From: Chrysomallon squamiferum
Lineage: Eukaryota > Animalia > Mollusca
Direction: 5' to 3'
NCBI GenBank assembly: GCA_012295275.1
Contig: CM022679.1
Coordinates: 4,154,001 to 4,218,000, forward strand
DNA length: 64,000 nt
Part shown: piece after piece, positions 13,963 through 29,699 of the stretch
Numbering within the stretch: position 1 is the stretch's first letter
Layout of the letters: each line of letters opens with the position of its first letter
Program-made: the position numbers and the translations under genes
The notes under the pieces: generated by a model
Databases searched by the model: none
What the model was told of the DNA's origin: nothing
The model's input: the letters and a program-made list of their open reading frames with translations, nothing else

Positions 13963-16900
13963 CTGGTCTTTTGATTGTTTGTATTTATCAGATACATGAA
14001 ATCTTCATTGTAACAAAAACATCTGTCAGATATCTATTTCTAAATTTCTTGTCATAATAATAAAAAAAAAAAAAAAAAAATTATATCAGTTTCCGAGATA
14101 ACAACAAGGAACATCACTGTTTTCTAAAGTACCAACCGTAAAAGATTAAACATTTCCAACTGAAATGAGAAATCAGCGAATTGACAAATCTTTATCCTCT
14201 GATTACAGTTTCAACATCGGATTTTATGGCGTCGTTTATTTGTGTGAATCTACTTTTTACCGATGTAAATAACGTTTAGATAGCAGACTTTGCGTCACAA
14301 TACAGCTATCGTTAGAACAAGCAGCTCTTATCTCCAAGTTTCAGTCGCATAAAGAACTGACGACACGGCTATCTTGAACACAGTTAACTTTGTCGGACAC
14401 TAAAACCAGGAATAGAATGAAACCGCGTGTGAAATTAAATGCTATGAGGAACTGAGTAGTTGCATGTATGGAGGCTCTTATCAGAAAATCATGCGACATG
14501 AAAATGCTAACGAAATGAAAGAGGGATAGGAAGTTAGAACAAGCGAACTAAATCCGTGGTTTTAAACGAGAAAATAAAGTCTGCAAGAGACAAATAACTT
14601 TGACTCACTTGCGGTTATCAATCAGGACGACACAGTAAAATAGGAGTTTTATCTAATCTGGGAAACATTTCAAATGTTTTTTTGTTGGGTTTTTTTGTGT
14701 GTTTTTTTTATATAACTGCTAAAGATTCAAGCACGTCAAAAATAGATGTGTGCCAAACAGAACACTAATAATACTCTAAATTAATTCAGGGAAAATATAC
14801 TCTGTAAGTGACTCGCGTCTCGAAAGTTAAAATTTGGGTTGAGGTCTGTGGGGATGCGATTACAATAAGATCAATGACTTTACACACTGACATCTTTTAC
14901 ACACTCTTGTACTTACACAAACAAAGAATGGTCTTTTTTTTACACACAAATATCTGATTAAACGTATGAAGGTTTAATAACAGATCGATCCTTTGCAAAG
15001 AGGTCAGAAGATTTCATTTTGATACGGTAATGGTTTGAAAAAGAAAACGTAACGTTTTCACTCTTCGAGCTTCTGTTACAGAAAGAACAGTGCAGTCTGA
15101 AACACGCTGTTATCAAGACCAGGTTTAAGAAATACTTGAAATAGTATTTGGTTATGGGAATTTTATCTATGGGCATATTTGAAATTAAAAGTAAGAAATA
15201 TTATGAAAGTATTATCATTAAGATATTTCTGATTTTGATGGTTGCATGGAAGAATTTGTAGGATTTTCTGCTCTCTATTTCTGAACAAAATAGTACACAT
15301 CCAGTAAATCCTCAAAACTTTCAGTGATTGTTTTCACTATCTCCGGAGTATAGCGTACAACCTTCAGTATCATTTAGTAAGCAACTAAATTACAAAGTAT
15401 TTATGGGAACCCTGACTTTTCTCTTTTCATTTAATCAAACAAAATAAATTACAGCGATCTGCAGAGATCAAACACAAGATTTCTAATGAAAGGTTGTCAT
15501 CATTATGGTTATTAATTATTTTTACACTTTACCTTGCGGTCTGTAATGAGTTCACAATCAGTTCAGTTTCTCTGTAAATTTGTTCACATATGGCTCGTTA
15601 AAACGATTCCTTTAATTTATGGTGATAAGCTGTAATAATAATGTTCTCTGAAGAACAGGTAAAAAGAAAAAGAAAGTAATTTTTGAAAGAGATTATTTAT
15701 GTTGGTAATTATCTTTGCTTCTTCAAGATGTCGTCCACATTACTGCACTAGGAGAAGAAAGATGGTTTTAATAAACACTATGTTTATACACACACATGAT
15801 TACATACACACCCATGCACACATTTACACATATGCACCTACGTAATTGTTAAACTATATCGATATACATGATCTAGTCATCTCTGAATCTAAAGTATCAG
15901 CTTTCAGTCTGTTTCATGCACTATACACAGAAACTATTCCTTTTCATCAACCTAGAGGAGCACTAGATGAAACGAGAAATATTTCAGTGGAACCACCATC
16001 GGGATTTGATCGTAAACCAATCGCAGATGAAGCCAATGCTTAGAACTAAATTTCTTGTTAAGTCTGTATTTTAGATTTAACAACTGTCTGACATCTAAAA
16101 ACCTGGCAGAAAAAATCGCGTTCTCTTGTGAGGTCTATAAAAACAACAACAACACAAAAATAACCTCATCACAGAACCATACAAAAAAAGAAAGTAGTAA
16201 ACTAACTAACTAACTAACTAACTAAATAAATAAATAAATAAAAATATTACAAAAATAACAAACAAATGACAACAAAACAAAGAAAAAAGTTTTAACAATT
16301 TAAAAGGTGTATTGATTAATTCATTTTTCCTCAATTCGTATTCAGTGAAAACAAAGCAATCGAGACACTATTGATTTAAAAATTATTTCTAGTGCAAATA
16401 AGTCTGCGGTTTTCCGAATGAACATTAACAATATGGGCATCATTTTATCTATTTAGATTAAATATATTTTAAGTGAACTTTGAAAATTTAAATAGAATAT
16501 ATATATATATATAGTATGTATGTGTATGTGTGTGTGTATACTATATGTGTATTTGTATATATGTGTATATAATAATAATAATATAATCATAACTTCAATT
16601 TGTCACGTAATTTCACTTCACTGAGTATAGAGAAAACCATTAACCTCTGATCTTATAACTTGCTCATCATCTGTTTTCACTGGTTCACTTGAGGGTGTCT
16701 AAAACTGATTTATTGTCTGTGTTTGAGTGAGCGAAGCTGGAAGTGGTTACGTTAAATAAATAATTCTGTTTTATTACAGTTTATTTTTTAACTGAATTCT
16801 GAGTTACGTTAAAACTGCTGCCTGGCGGCACAGAAGTAAAATGATTTGTAATAAAAATTAAACTGTTAGCTGTGATAATAAAAATGTCAGTAATAGAACT

Positions 16901-17089
16901 AAATTAGCAACAAAACTTATTCGTTGAATATTATTGTCGACAGAGAATGCCAAAACTGAATAATTTAATCACAAAGACTTTTAAATATATACAGAACTGG
17001 ATATATATGATGAACATAAATGAACTGTAAAGGAATTTTGTTACTTTGGAATGATCAATACAGACTTATACTTGTTAATAAATGCACAG

Positions 17090-17283
<194 letters not shown>

Positions 17284-20200
17284 ATACCTGTCTACAGTAA
17301 CAGCTACTAGTAATATTACTATTACTACTACGGCAATTACTACTAATGCTGCAACAAACACTGCTATTTATACTGTTACCACCACAGCATATGACTTTTT
17401 TGCTATTTTCATTTTAAAATGACTAAAGCTGGCCTGATTAGAGAAAATTTAGGTGACTTTAATTAAATCAGAAAACATCTTTTTCTTGTAAAACAGGCCA
17501 ATACGGCTGTCAAGGAAAAATAAAAATGCAAAACCTACATAAATAAAAAAAGTTTTAGTCAGTTTCCTTTAGACTGCACCAAGCATGTAAAAATGTGGCT
17601 ATAGTGACCAATAATTATAAATTCTAGATTCCGCGTGTTTCAGTGGATAAACGAGAATTTGCAGCAGGGTGTTTCAAACAAAAGAAAGAACTCGCTTGTC
17701 TTTGAACGGATAAGGGGGATTTCGTTAATAACACAAAAAATGCTATTTAATGATTATAACTGTCCACCAGACATGAAACAGCATGTCAGATCGGTACCCA
17801 GGCACAGACATCAAGATAAAAATGATATCTTAAGTGGGTCATTCCAGATATTCATCGACCGATTTTTAAATTCGTAATTTTTAAAATTGATTTTGTCTTG
17901 ACACATACAATCAGCACAAAGACATCGCAATGTCCTGTATGAAATCATGGATCCCGCTTCCTGCAGGTCAAAATACGCGTGAACCTTGAATCGTTTTTCA
18001 GTCCCATGCTCTCGATATTGGACCCAGAGAACTGGCAATTATCTCGTCAGATCCGACAAAACCTGTTTCAGGATTCCGCAGTCGGCGATCATGCACGAAA
18101 ACAAACACTGGTCGACACTGCTGTACCTTATGGTTTGAAACGATCGAATTTTCTGCTAAATTACCCAACGAAAATCATTGCCATTTTCGTTTTCTTTTTC
18201 TTTGCTATCACCGCAGGCACAAGGCACGGTTGACCTGTTTGGACAAATATTACGATTCCTAATGTCTGGAGAAACTGCAGACAAATGAATATAATGATGA
18301 TGATGATAGTAATAATATTTACGGTATTAACAGTAGTAATGGTAATAGTAGAAGTACCAGAAGTAGTAACAGCAAAAATATAATTAATAGAAATAGTAAT
18401 AACAGTACAAGTAAGTGTACTAGTTGCTATAGTACTAGCAGCGTTAGTGAAAGTGGATTATTAGTGTAATATAAGAAGTAAACGAAGAAAAAAAAAAAAA
18501 AGAAAGAAGAAGAACAGAAAGAGATGGAATTGCGTGATGTTCCAGTGTCGTTTAATCAGTAATTCATAACGAGTTAAAAACCGAACGAGTCACAGAAACG
18601 TTGGGTTGATGCTGTCTGTGTAATTCCGTGCATCATCTCATTACTGAACAGAGATCTCGAGCATAAAAAGTAAATTTGTAAGATTGATAGCTGCTGTAAA
18701 ACGCCGTAAAGATAAAAAAAAGAGTAAATTAAATAAATAGAATCTTTTTTTATAAGATAATAATAGCGCAAATTTTAAAACATTAATAATATATTCAAAC
18801 ACAGACATGCACGAACGCATACACATAGTCGTTCATAGACTGAAACATATTTACATTTATACATACACATACATACATATAAATGTCATGTACATGGAAA
18901 TTATTTTATAAGTCATATGCTTTACTAATAATGCTAATTCTGTTAGTAATATTTCACCAAAGCAGTATGACAATAGTAGCAGAAACTAACAACTACAGCT
19001 GTATTAGCAGGAGTAGTAAGAACATGAAATGAAAGAATGAGAAAAGAAAGCGAAAGTCGCGAATCCTGTTTTAAAATTCCACAATCTTCAAAAGAGATTT
19101 GTCGCAAATAGTTTTCTAACAGATTTCTGTCAAAGCCAATAATTCAGTACAAAAAAAAGTATTCGTAGCGTATTAGATGGTAAGAGTCAATTAATTACCA
19201 GTCTGGTTCAAATGCAGTTAACGCTGAAGACTGACAAAAAAAGTAACCGTTACTTTGCAAAGGCTAACACAGTTACTAAACGACTTGAGTATACTTACAG
19301 TTGATCAATGAACTGGTCCCTTGTTCTTTGTAGTTAAAGCCAAACGTCTAAAGCAAGTAAGCGAAATCCTCCAGAATACACCAACGTAACTCGTGGATCA
19401 ATCAAAAACGCCTTCGATATCAATGGTCTTTGCACAATACGCATGCGTGTCAGTCGTTTCCGATTTTTCCTCCTTCTTTGGGGCTAAATGCGTCAGGCAG
19501 TTTCTGAACAGAAGAAAATAGATTTTGTGTTATTTTGGATGTTACTGGGGTTTTTTTTTTTTCCCCCCATTTATTTATACTTTTTGAATTAGTTCTGTTA
19601 AAGGATGAATGATTTGTAATGGTTGCTAAGGAATTTCCAGCACGCCCGCTTCAGTTTAACACAGACAGCAATCAATGTTTCGGCACAATTGGAACAAATG
19701 TCGATATAACTATTTTATTTGAGCTTAAAGGGAATCGTTTAGAACATTCACTAATGATTATATTTTGATGCATAAAAAAGAAGTTCATTCTCTAAGTTCA
19801 CTTCTGTTTATATTTAGAGGCTATTATTAAAAAAACGTATGCTATGTTCTATTTTTTCATTATTTAACGCTGTTAAAGAAATCCGTTAGAACGTTCAGTT
19901 ATCACTGAAAGAAACCATCTAGCAGAAATCATTCGCAGAAAATCTATGACAATAAACAATCAACGAGTTGGAAGATGTTGTGTAGAAAATCTAATCATGT
20001 ATATAGTATATTGAAAAGATATGACTTTTTGTTTTCTCTGACAGTAATTATAAATATAAATCTAAGATTCTGGATACAGAAATGGTTAATAATGGGTCAA
20101 AAAATGAAATATTTTAATTTTTCTTGTTTATAATAACCTTTTATTAGTAGTTGCATAAATCAGTATTGTAGAAGTAGTAGTAGCAACTGTAGTAGTAGTT

Positions 20201-21425
20201 TAGTAATAAAAGTAGCAGATCAGTATTAGTATTAGTTTATTAGTAGGGTTGTAATGGAAGCTGCAGTAATAGTAATGGTAATTGTAGTGGTTAGAACAAC
20301 AGTAACAACAACAACAGCAACACAAAATATACCAGAAGGAAAAAAATAATTTGTTAATTAAATTTATATGAATGTGTATGTATATGTGTTTGTTTTGGTG
20401 TTTTCATATGCATGTGAGTTTTTTTCATTAATTTAGATTTTTTTTATTTCTAAACTTTGATCAAACTGATATTTGTAAATGAAAATAAAATCAAGGGTAA
20501 TTACTCATTTGTTTTTACTATTTTATAAAAACCTCGTCAGTTAACAAGAAGAAAAAATTATCAAGACAACATCAATCATTTCTCTCAGGAGGTTTAACAT
20601 TTTGTAAATGTTTTCTTATAGAACTACGCACTATTGTTTTTATATCGGTAAATGCATTATATATTAAACAAATACATTTTTTTATTATCTTATTTTATTT
20701 TACTTTATTTAATTTATTCATTTATTCATTTATTCATTTATTTATTTATATATTGCTAGAAATTTAAAATAACGATTAAAACTATTGTGTTTCACGTGCA
20801 AATAAAATTGAATATTACAAGCTGCCTGGTCAACTTTTTTTTTTTTTTTTTTTTCTCCTTTTTTCTTATCAAAGTTTAACAAGGCAACTAATAAGAAATA
20901 TATTTTACAGTTAGACTTAAACGACAAATTATTTAGAAGCTCTGACATATAATTTTTGTTATTTATCATGAATGTGTTTAACCAGTCTCTTCTTTATAAG
21001 CTTTTTAATCATGCGAATAAGTTAGCGGATTTAGACAAAGCCTAAGAAACAACATCCAGTAATTTCCTTTCAAACGTATGTCGATCACAATAATGTTGTC
21101 TGCGATATTGTGGTTTTATGTAATATGTAGGGAATGCATTATTCATAAACTCTGGCTTTATAACAAGATAAACAAATACATCAGTTGTATACGAGATTAG
21201 CTTGTCACTGGTTTCACTTCAGTCTGAGCAATCTCACCGACAAACAGTAATGGAAGATTGTTACGAGTTTGCTCCCTTTGATCGTATCACTCAATTTTGT
21301 GATTCGCAGATACGTTTAGCGATAACCTAGTAATCTTTTGTGTGCACAAATATGTGTGGGTTTTACTGATTTTTAAATAAATATGAAACATATACATTAA
21401 TACATCCATATCTCCTACCTACCTA

Positions 21426-21483
<58 letters not shown>

Positions 21484-21619
21484 TTCACACACACACACAC
21501 ATATGCACAAACAAACACAGGCACACAAACACACACATGTATACAAGGACATTTACACACATAAATTTATACATAAATATTTCTCTCTTTCTCTCTCTAA
21601 AAGAATAGCTGAATCGATA

Positions 21620-21678
<59 letters not shown>

Positions 21679-22901
21679 TCGCATACACATAGGTACAAAT
21701 ATACATACATCGATAATATTAACCAGTAAATAAATAACCAATGGTTTCCTATAATATGCTCTGGGTATTCCCTAGTTCAGTTCAGATTACATTTTAACTG
21801 AGTTCATTAATATTAACATTTGAATTAAATTAAAATATTGTTATTGTTATTATTATTATTATTATTATTCTTCGGATACAAATGCGCCTATTAATATAAA
21901 AAACAGATGAACTTGCAAAATATCGTGAGAGGAAGACAGACAGAGAGATCGATTTAATAAATAAATAGATAGGTAGACACACATTAATATGGATAAACAG
22001 AGAGATAAATATAAATACACAGACAGCATAATCTGTTTCGGAGACAAAATACACTGATCAAAAACAAGTTATATTTAACGATTCAGTAAACACCATCACT
22101 GAATTTTAAAAATTTTTTCGCGAAAACAAACTGTTACGTAATTAGATCACTTTGTTTTTCGCAGTTCGATGAAACTATGCAAAGACCATTTTTTATTATT
22201 TTTTTTTTTTTTTTTCTCTTCCATCGGTGTCTGACACTCGTGCTCTGTGGAAACCTTAAATAACACCGAGGACTAATTTCCGAAGTATTCGTCTTTTTTT
22301 GTACAGACTTCATCAAAGCTCTTGTCCAACGCACTGCCTGAGCAACGCAAAGAACGGCAAGCACCCGCAGAGTCAGCCAGCGGTTAGAATATTCAACAGA
22401 ACGGGATTGCCAGCGTCAAGGCTTACAGTTATAATGAAATATTCTGGAGATTTCACTCGGCGTTTTAGTCAGCAACAAAGAAAGCATTTACTTCACAGAT
22501 TAAAAAGCTTTTTTTTTTCTTTTCTTTCTTTTTTTTTTCTTTTTTGTTAGTCTTTTTCAGTAAATTATTTGCCACTTTTTCTTTCTAATAATTTTCTTTC
22601 TGATTTTTTTTTTTTTTTTTTTTTATGTTTTGTTTTAATTTTTGTTTTTCATTTGCTTTTCTATTAATTTTATTTCTGATGTTTTTTTTCCTTCCTCTGT
22701 GATGCAAAATCCTGATTTTTCTTTACTTACTTTTTAAAAAAAATCTTGTATTAAGTATATTGAGAGTCGTATTATCCTAATGATCGACTGAAAATATTGA
22801 TGGAAATAAATCAGACTGAAACATAACTGAATAATGCATACGTGCATAATGTTATAATGTCTTATCTCTGTCTGTCTCCTGCCTTGATTTACTGGTGTAT
22901 T

Positions 22902-23131
<230 letters not shown>

Positions 23132-23574
23132 CGTAAGAATATCTAATTTGACAAATAGAGGGAAAATGTGCTTTTTTTCTGGTAGTTCATAAAGAAAGTA
23201 TCATACAAACAAATAAAATATATTTTAATAAGGTATGCATTTCATAAGAACAGTTATATGCTGCTACTGCATTAACAAATTGCAAACAGTTGGAAAATAT
23301 CTTTTATTACTAAGTTTATTTCATGTATTAGTTTTATGTAATGACAAGATAGTTTTAATATACATTTTCGAACGGTTTTTTTTTTTTTTTTCGTTTGTTA
23401 TTGATTTGAATATATTTTAGTTTAATGTAATGTATTGTTTTTCAATACACAGAATAGCAATTATAGAAAAAAAAAATGCAAAATCGTTGGTCCTTCTCTG
23501 CTGGAAATACAATTAAATATAAAAGCAGAAACAAGCAAAAACTATAAAAAATACAAAAACCAGCAATAATAATT

Positions 23575-23904
23575 ACAGTAATAATAATAATAGACAGAGG
23601 AAGAAGAAGAACAGTAGCAACAATACAATAAACAACAACAACAACAACAATAACAACAACAACAACAACAACAATAATAGTAATAATAATAGTAATAATA
23701 ATAATAATAGTAATAATAACTGTAATAATAATAATAATAATAATAGTAATAATAGTAATAATAACTGTAATAATAATAATAATAATAGTAATAATAATAA
23801 TAGTAATAATAATAGTAATAATAACTGTAATAATAATAATAATAGTAATAATAATAGTAATAATAACTGTAATAATAATAACTGTAATAATAATAATAAT
23901 AATA

Positions 23905-23963
<59 letters not shown>

Positions 23964-24000
23964 TTTAATAATAGTAATAATAATAATAATAATAATAACT

Positions 24001-24064
<64 letters not shown>
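23575..24064. repeat. Compound (AAT)n/(AAG)n/(AAC)n microsatellite with recurring AGT and AACTGT variants
   Basis: Directly visible; it produces the spurious 211-aa poly-Ile ORF. Confidence 0.97.
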
Positions 24065-24065
<1 letters not shown>

Positions 24066-24704
24066 GATTAAAAACAATTCATGTGAGTAGCAGCCTCGAT
24101 CTTTTCAAAATGTCGTCGTCGTCGTTGTTGTTGTTGTTAATCGTGTGTGTCTAATTTGGCCTTGTGACAGGTAACTAGTTCTCATTCACTCACTCAGTAC
24201 TCGGCTTCCGTACCAGGAAGCAAATCGGAAAGATTTTCATCAGAATGTCATTTAGACATCACTTACCAGTGTCCTCGTGACGTGAACCGCTATCCTTGAT
24301 GTCAGATACAATACTCACAATGCGCTGGACGTTGTCAAACACACAGACAGACAGACACACAGCAAATCACACACATACACATTTGTTGAATCAGTGTATA
24401 TTTAAATGTTCGTGTAAAAGTTACGACGATGCAACGGTTAACGTGTTATAAACAAATACTTCGGTGTCAAAGGATGTTAAATTGCATTTCATCTTGGGTG
24501 TGTTTTAAGCAGTGTAAAGGAAATAGGTTCGTTAAAGAGACTGGAAGCGTTTTGTTTCTTTCACTTTTATTCTGTAAAGGAAGCTCAGTCTACGTTTTGT
24601 ATATTTAATAGTTAAGTGTTCAGAGGAAGCTTTTAAAATTATCTATCTTTTCTCCCGAATATTGTTAACATAGGTTTTTATTTATTACTACTACTACTTA
24701 TTAC

Positions 24705-24741
<37 letters not shown>

Positions 24742-25231
24742 GTTGTTGTTGTTGTTGTTGTTATTCTTCTTCTTCTTATTATTATTATTGTTTAGTTGTT
24801 GTTCGTCGTTTTCTTTTTTCTTCTTCTTCTTTTCTCATTATTGTTATTGTTATTGTTATTGTTATTATTATTATTATTATTATTTCTACTTTTAATCAAA
24901 ACTCTCTATAACGTCTGTCTCACTCATCAGTACATCTGCACCAGACCTTTATTGACTGAACACGAAAGCACAGCTTGTTTCCCTTTGCCTCTCAACTTAT
25001 ATTAAAGACGTCATCAGAAATTGTTCCCTAGGCGCTAATGGAACATTGGCATTGTGGGAATGTTTCGCGAAGAAGACACAGTCCAGTAGATTCTGATATT
25101 AAAGCTAAACCAACTGCTGGGGAATCTGTATGAATATTGCATAGATGATAAATGTTGTGGGTATGTTACGTAAACTGTATATAATAGGCCTATATAGTTT
25201 GATGGTTCAGTGATAACTATTAATTTCCCAT

Positions 25232-25232
<1 letters not shown>

Positions 25233-25300
<68 letters not shown>

Positions 25301-25445
25301 GAACCATTAGCAACGGCAGCAACGACCACTGTAATGCTTATGGTCGTAGCAACAACAACAGCAGCAACAATAATAACAACAACAACAACAATAACAGTAA
25401 AGACAACAATTGCAATTATGATGATACTTATGAATATACTGATAT

Positions 25446-25479
<34 letters not shown>

Positions 25480-25520
25480 GTTACTACTACTACTACAGCT
25501 ACTACTACTAGTAATAATAA
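25233..25520. repeat. Compound (AAT)n/(AAC)n/(ACT)n microsatellite
   Basis: Directly visible. Confidence 0.95.
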
Positions 25521-28500
25521 TAAAATAAAAGATTAAAGTAATTGGTATTGTAATTATTTCTTGGAGTAATAATTGTATTGCTACGACTATTACCAGAGTA
25601 GCCACTATTAGTATCACTACTTCTGTAAGCACTATTGCAATTGCTGATAAAAATCGGCAGTTGTCTATTCAAATATTATGATTCGATTTCTTCTAAAATG
25701 TAAAATAAATAAATAAAATAAAAATAAAAATAAAATAAATAAAACTAAAAATAGAAATAAAAATACAAAAATAAATAAAATAAAAATAAAAATAAAATAA
25801 ATAGAAATAAAAAAGAAAAAAAAAAAAATAAATAAAATAAAAATAAAAATAAAATAAATATTAATGAACACCCCAAGAGAAAAAAAAAAAAAAAAAAAAA
25901 GAAGAAGAAGAAAAAAGATAAGGTAAGAAATCCGAAGTCAATAATTTCTTTGAGTTTGACAAAACTAATATAATAATGTATATACTTTGTGTAATTATAT
26001 TATAAAACGTTAACAGAACTTCAACGGTTCATTTTACAACACCCTAAACTGTGACCTGCGATGTTGATACGTCAATCCAATCCTGGTCGAGTCGAAGACC
26101 AGCTACAATTAATCTCAGATCTTTCACTCACAAAACCACTGATTGTAATTCTCGATTCCGAACAACCGCAGCAAGTGCTTCCCATTAACACAATCAACAA
26201 CCCGGGCTCGATATTCTTATCAGTTCATTTAAATAATCACTGTCTAATGTCGAGCAAAGTATTCGACTCGGTGTGGATCGGACATTTCCGTCGCCGTTCG
26301 CCACGTTCCGTTGCAGTTATCTGACAGGAACAGTTGTAAAACAAGAAGTTATTTAGTAAAAACAACTTAGATAGCTTAGTGCCGCGTCCGACATCTTTAA
26401 TTTCGTCTCAATCAGATTAGTAAGACAATCAATGGCACTTGTTGCAGGAATCAGACGCTTGGAATGAACCGATTTCTGACAGTCTTTGATCTGATCATGT
26501 GGCTTTTCCACACTGCAGACAAACAGGTTTTCGTTGGCGGTTTTTATTTTATTTCTTGGTCTTGTTTTATTTTATATTTTATTTTATTTGTTTTCTTTCG
26601 AATTTGCCAGTTGAAGATCCTCAGATAGTCAAACTATTTGAGTGTGTTTTCTGATCAGACTGATAGAAAATGTAAAACTTTTATGCCATTATTATTACTG
26701 TTGTTGTTGTTATTATTATTATTATTATTTATAGAGACCACCGATGCAAGATTTGACGTTGTTATGATAACATTTATCAGGTCTGAGGAAACAGTAAACT
26801 GTATATTGTTAATTTAAATATAGTTTTAATTTATAACTTCAAAAAATGACTTATTATCAAAATATAGAGAGGTATGTCATGTCACTGCACTTTATTCTTT
26901 TATATTTCAAAAAAAAATTTTTTTTTTTTTTTTATTAAAGTAAAGTCTAACATTAATAAAGTATTATATATCTGACAATGAGTTTGAAACCAGGAATGAA
27001 ACCATTCACTTCACTGCAACATTCAGCAAACAAAAAGGACTGTCTACAATCTCCCCTGTTCGTCAGCAAGAACAACTTGAACTCTGTGTTTGAATTTGGC
27101 AGTGTGTGGAAATGGGTTTAAGTCCAAACAGCACTACATGGAGATTTGATCTTTAGATCTATCATTTCTGTCGCAAGTGTTTAACCTCTTCCTACTGCAG
27201 TCTGAAGTACATCAATTATTCAATAGATGAACTCCCTGTGTCCAGCTAATTAAATAAACATACTTTTGAGAAGAGTAAGGTCATGCATGTGTTATTTAGC
27301 CTCGTCACAGTTCACTTTGGTCATCTCAAATAAAAATGTATCAGTTTGGTTATCTTCCTCGACAACGGGGAATGACCGTCCAATGGATCATAGACTGGTT
27401 CTTTTATTGAGCTATTTCCCGTTCTAGCCATTATTCCAGAATCTATTATAAAGAAAGCACTTGATAACAAAAAATGAATGTGTTCTAGTGGCGTCATGTG
27501 AGCCCTGCAAACCTTAGTAGGTGGTGTGTATGTGCGTATGTATGTTTGTTTGTATGTTAGTAACTCAAGACATTAGAATAACAAAATGCATGAACCCCAG
27601 CCAAAGATATAAAAAATTTCGTTAAACAAAACAAATATTGAACTTAAACATCAATGTAGACAGAGCCGTTTTTTTTTTTTTTTTTTTATCCTTTTACTTA
27701 TCTCTTGTGTTCACACTGACGAATCCCTGCACCGTGACTCTGTTTCAGAACTGATACCAACACCAACTCCTCGCCAGTTTGCCGAAACCAATTCAAGTGT
27801 CACTGATTCCACTTTTTAGTACAACGATTAGTCTTTATTATATTGAAGGAAAACTGTCGAAACGATCTGATTGGGCCACAAAGCGTGCAAGATTTGCTAA
27901 ACGTGTCTATGTGACTGGAAACCGAGGCGTTTCTAGCACGTCATAAACTAAATATGATGGCCGTCGAAAAGGTAACGTTGTATACGAGACTGCTGCTTCC
28001 AGTAGATCACGTCGGCAGTGTCGAGTTAGGTTAGTTATCTCCTTGCAAACATCGGCTAATGTAATAGACAGCTGGCCGAGTGAAGAGTGCAGGAAAATGT
28101 CACAAAACAAACCACAGACGTACGTACTGGACGGTAAACAAGTGCGACAACAGATCCACAGAATGGCTTCTGTTGACGACGTCTCGACAAAAACAAGAGA
28201 AGCATTAACGAAAGTTGATTTCTGAATTACGAACAGATATTTCAACTGAAATAAACAAACGAAACATTAACCCGAATAAGTTTCTGATTATATATCTTTA
28301 TCTGCGTATTTGTACAAGAGTAGATGTCTTCTGACGTCTTCATTTCTGTTCCTGCTTTGTGTTCGACTTCTTTCAAAATTCAATTAGGTATATGAAAATG
28401 AAATGTCACTTGTTCGTCGTTATGTAGCTTGATTTATATTTGTCTATTTTGAGATTCATAACAACAGTGATCTTAGAAACTGGAATGAGTTCCAAGTTTA

Positions 28501-29145
28501 ACGATTTTGTTTACTATTTATAAAGGAAAAGCAACTATAGATACGTACGTATGTATGTATGTTTGTTACAAAATATATACTCATCACATTAAAATTAACT
28601 TTTATTAATATCTAACCATAAATTAATTCTTATCTGATCAAACTATGGAATCAAAAGTACTGACGGTATATGCTGCCGAAGATATTACATTGATATCGAT
28701 ATCATATTATGGGAAAAACAATACACACTTCTTTTTATTTCTTCTATATATCTACATCTGTTCCCATGGCAATGAACACTCTCAAACAAAATAAATATTT
28801 ACCGATTTCTTTCGAGTATTCCAATAGTCACTCGAACCCTTGCAAACAACTGTATTAGTTACCGTGAGGGCTGGAATAAATACATCTAAAGTGCTTTTAT
28901 CTCAATAAACAGCACTCAGAACTCAGCATGGGAAAGATACGTCTGTTAGTGTAGTGTGTGTGTGTGTGTGTGCGTGTGTGTGTGTTTGTGCATATGTTTG
29001 GTTGACTCGCACTCTGTCTGTCTGTCTGTCTGTCTCTCTCTTTCTATCTGTCCATTTCTCTGTCTGTTTATCGATATGTTCAATGTTCATACATATCTAT
29101 GTGTTATTTATCCAAATTATTTTGATTGTAATCCATACACTTATC

Positions 29146-29184
<39 letters not shown>

Positions 29185-29699
29185 CTTGTCTGTTAACGTG
29201 TATATGTGTATATATATATATATATGTGTGTGTGGATAGTTGGCGTATTGATAAATGGATAGACGGATGTATGAACTGATGGATGGATGGATGAATCAAT
29301 GTAAAGATGGAGAACGAATGGTATGATGTATGTTTCTATGCATATATGCTTGTGTGTGTCTTCTGCGTGCGTATGTCGTGTAAATGTGTGTATATGTGTT
29401 TGTTTGTATTTTAGTAAATATCTAACCTGTGTGTGTGTGTGTGTGTGTATGTCTGTATGTGTGTATGCATGTATATAAACACATAATTTCTTAAAACATT
29501 ATCCTTCATAAAAGGGAAACATTTACCACCGTCAAAATAACATTTATTTCTTTTTATTATTAAGCGTCACGAGAATCTCGTATTTACTCTAACGAAATTC
29601 CTGCTTGCATTTAAACCCGTTTATTGGTTGGCAATCGGCATGGAAACTCTTCTTGACGCGGTCTCTTGCCAACTGTTGATTTAGGCAAATGACGTAGCG

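Noticed and set aside
15985-16050. Possible decayed tRNA-SINE head on the - strand (GATCAAATCCCG)
   Set aside because: Too degenerate; no second copy, tail or TSD.
17967-18288. BTB/KCTD-like peptide fragments (ESFFSPMLS; DLFGQILRFLMSGE) after two acceptor-like sites
   Set aside because: The hallmark NVGG and DRD motifs are missing, no donor joins the fragments, and the second ends in a stop after 23 codons. Likely coincidence.
28691-28704. Palindrome TGATATCGATATCA (contains DRE TATCGATA); also GCGTCAGTGACGC at 235-247
   Set aside because: Isolated short palindromes with no supporting promoter evidence.
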